Positions 57,140 through 58,645 of a stretch of 58,645 nt of DNA are shown here, piece after piece (the stretch's first letter is position 1; every line of letters begins with the position of its first letter). The notes below the pieces were generated by a model. That model ran no database searches. It saw nothing but the letters and a program-made list of their open reading frames with translations, and was not told the DNA's origin. The stretch is from a virus (Duplodnaviria > Caudoviricetes). A program made the translations under genes and the position numbers. The stretch is from IMG/VR virus record IMGVR_UViG_3300012895_000001, positions 1-58,645 of that record; one strand, given 5' to 3'.

Positions 57140-57403
57140 AATGACTACCTACATAAGCCTTCACAGTCAATTCCAAATGCCGGTTTTATTGGCTTTTTTG
57201 ATTGTCAGATTGCGAAAACATCCACTCACAACCACCCAGATTCACCATTTTAAGGCCACCTATGTAAGAACTGCCTATGTAAGATGGGTTTTTTGAGGTT
57301 AAGAAATTTATTAGTTTTGATTTCATGGGGTGCGGTTGTTATGGTTGGCGCTTCACATTTTTAGCCAAATGGCACTTCTGTCACAATCTGTATTTGAAAG
57401 GTC

Positions 57404-57775
57404 ATGCAACGACTCTTTGAAGCCTGGCAGGATAAACTGCGGGACGATCCCGATTTATGGACAATTCGACACTGCCTCGGTGCCGGCGGACTGATCTGGC
57501 GCAACCGGGCATACCTTAAAAACCGCTGCCGTTTCGGGATGTTCCCGTCCGAAACGATGGCATGGAGCTGCGCCAGCCTATATGTCTCGCCGGAAGATTT
57601 TGCCCGCGTGGAGGCGGCATACCGGATGGCGCTCGCGGTTCGGACGCCGGTGATGCTGAATGTGACGCTGAAAATCCCACATCGGCATCCGGTCGAATTG
57701 CGGAACATTTTCCTGCTGGCGGTGGAAGGTGACATGAATGATGGGCTGGTGGTCAGTCACCAGTTGCCTTTTTAG
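57404..57775 (+). CDS. stand-alone PAS-like domain protein
   Basis: W.N.AY...FG......YVSPEDFARV...Y..AL....P...V.LK. Confidence 0.5.
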   Translation: MQRLFEAWQDKLRDDPDLWTIRHCLGAGGLIWRNRAYLKNRCRFGMFPSETMAWSCASLYVSPEDFARVEAAYRMALAVRTPVMLNVTLKIPHRHPVELRNIFLLAVEGDMNDGLVVSHQLPF

Positions 57776-58082
57776 ATCCGCCGTCCTCGCCGCCGGCCTT
57801 GCGCTTTTTCTTGGGATTGGCGTTTAGCTTTTTCAGGTCTGCAACGGTTGTGCCTATCTGCCGAATCTTTTGCTGACGTTCGGCGTCTGGTAATACTTTG
57901 GGGTCTGTGGGCGTTTCTGGAACCTTGGCCAGAGTAATTCCGTGCTTCTTCAGATAATCAATGAACGCCTCTCGCGCCAACTCGCTTTCGGATGTTAAAC
58001 GCGAGTCCGACAAGGTTATGAATGCCTGCTTCATAGCCCCCGGAACCCGCACTTTCATTTCCGAATCTTTAACAGTTCCCAT
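57753..58082 (-). CDS. ribbon-helix-helix regulator
   Basis: MKVRVP..MK......SESELAREAF.DYL. Confidence 0.7.
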   Translation of the reverse strand: MGTVKDSEMKVRVPGAMKQAFITLSDSRLTSESELAREAFIDYLKKHGITLAKVPETPTDPKVLPDAERQQKIRQIGTTVADLKKLNANPKKKRKAGGEDGGSKKATGD

Positions 58083-58260
58083 TATAGCCAGTAGTTAGCG
58101 TATTGGAACGCGACTGTTCCTGCTGCAATAGCAGACGGAACGCGCGTCGGGCAATGTCTGAAAGGTCCAGCCCTTCACGAATCGCAATATCTTCCAAGCC
58201 GATCTTCATCCGCCCGTCTGTCCGCACTTTGATTTCTTCTGATAATGCCGCTTTGCTCAT
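58069..58260 (-). CDS. ribbon-helix-helix regulator
   Basis: IKVRTD..MK..L..IA...GLDLSDIARRAF. Confidence 0.7.
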   Translation of the reverse strand: MSKAALSEEIKVRTDGRMKIGLEDIAIREGLDLSDIARRAFRLLLQQEQSRSNTLTTGYNGNC

Positions 58261-58311
58261 AAACCACCTCAATCTTTTGTTTTTAGTTTGTTAAATAACT
58301 CCGCTCACTTC

Positions 58312-58451
58312 GGGAACAATGTCCCACATTGTCCCCATAGTCAAATAAAAATAACGGCAAAAATATACACTTTTGAGCCTTGCTGGCATGGCTAAAAACA
58401 ATATTGAAAAAACCGTTGACACTTGTTCCCCAATGTGAGACACTAGGGACA
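58312..58451. promoter_or_regulatory. divergent PL/PR switch region with CAATGTGRGACA operators
   Basis: Minus TTGACT(58344)-17-CATTGT; plus TTGACA(58416)-17-GACACT; each overlaps an operator copy. Confidence 0.7.
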
Positions 58452-58452
58452 G

Positions 58453-58629
58453 ATGAGAACAGCAACACTTACCGACAACATCAAGACCCGCGTTGAGAAG
58501 AACATCAAAAAGGCTCTCAAATCAATTGCCACCGCCAAGCACTTGGACGTTTCCGACATTCAGCGCGAGGCGTTCCGGGATTTCATCGCCAAGCCTGAAA
58601 ACCGGAAATTGATTCAGGAAGCCAAATGA
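58453..58629 (+). CDS. Cro-analog ribbon-helix-helix protein (leaderless)
   Basis: Own translation: MRTATLTDNIKTRVEKNIKKALKSIATAKHLDVSDIQREAFRDFI... Confidence 0.75.
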   Translation: MRTATLTDNIKTRVEKNIKKALKSIATAKHLDVSDIQREAFRDFIAKPENRKLIQEAK

Positions 58630-58645
58630 CCACTTCCCCGCTCAA

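Noticed and set aside
55893-58300. GTTAAATAACT shared by the array's right boundary and the repressor leader (58290)
   Set aside because: An 11-bp AT-rich match could arise by chance; not enough to call a site.

Overview
The window looks like an essentially complete ~58.6 kb temperate tailed (lambda-like, siphovirus-type) phage genome. The host is probably Verrucomicrobia-like; this is an inference from Thr/Asn-rich secreted proteins, an 'LQSSTNL..W' motif and short heptamer repeats. Layout: early/recombination genes (RecT, SSB, VRR-NUC); replication (iteron-containing initiator, DnaB); small accessory ORFs; head module (TerS-like, GpA-type TerL, portal, S49 protease, scaffold, capsid); an 8 kb mostly leftward accessory block (minimal DNA ligase, motif-separated small genes, 5'-truncated BRO and P63C genes); tail module with several signal-peptide proteins; metallophosphoesterase and two tRNA-Ser genes; an integron; phage integrase with a tRNA-Thr attP; and a switch built from three ribbon-helix-helix proteins. 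The top finding is a complete phage-borne integron at 51758-55899: IntI with the integron-specific insert, an attI, and 7 cassettes with well-formed attC sites. Every cassette ORF is antisense to the canonical orientation and points toward intI, like one operon. Several start codons, stop codons and an ATGA coupling lie inside the attC/attI sites, so cassette shuffling would rewrite protein termini. All assignments come from reading motifs by eye; no database searches were run.
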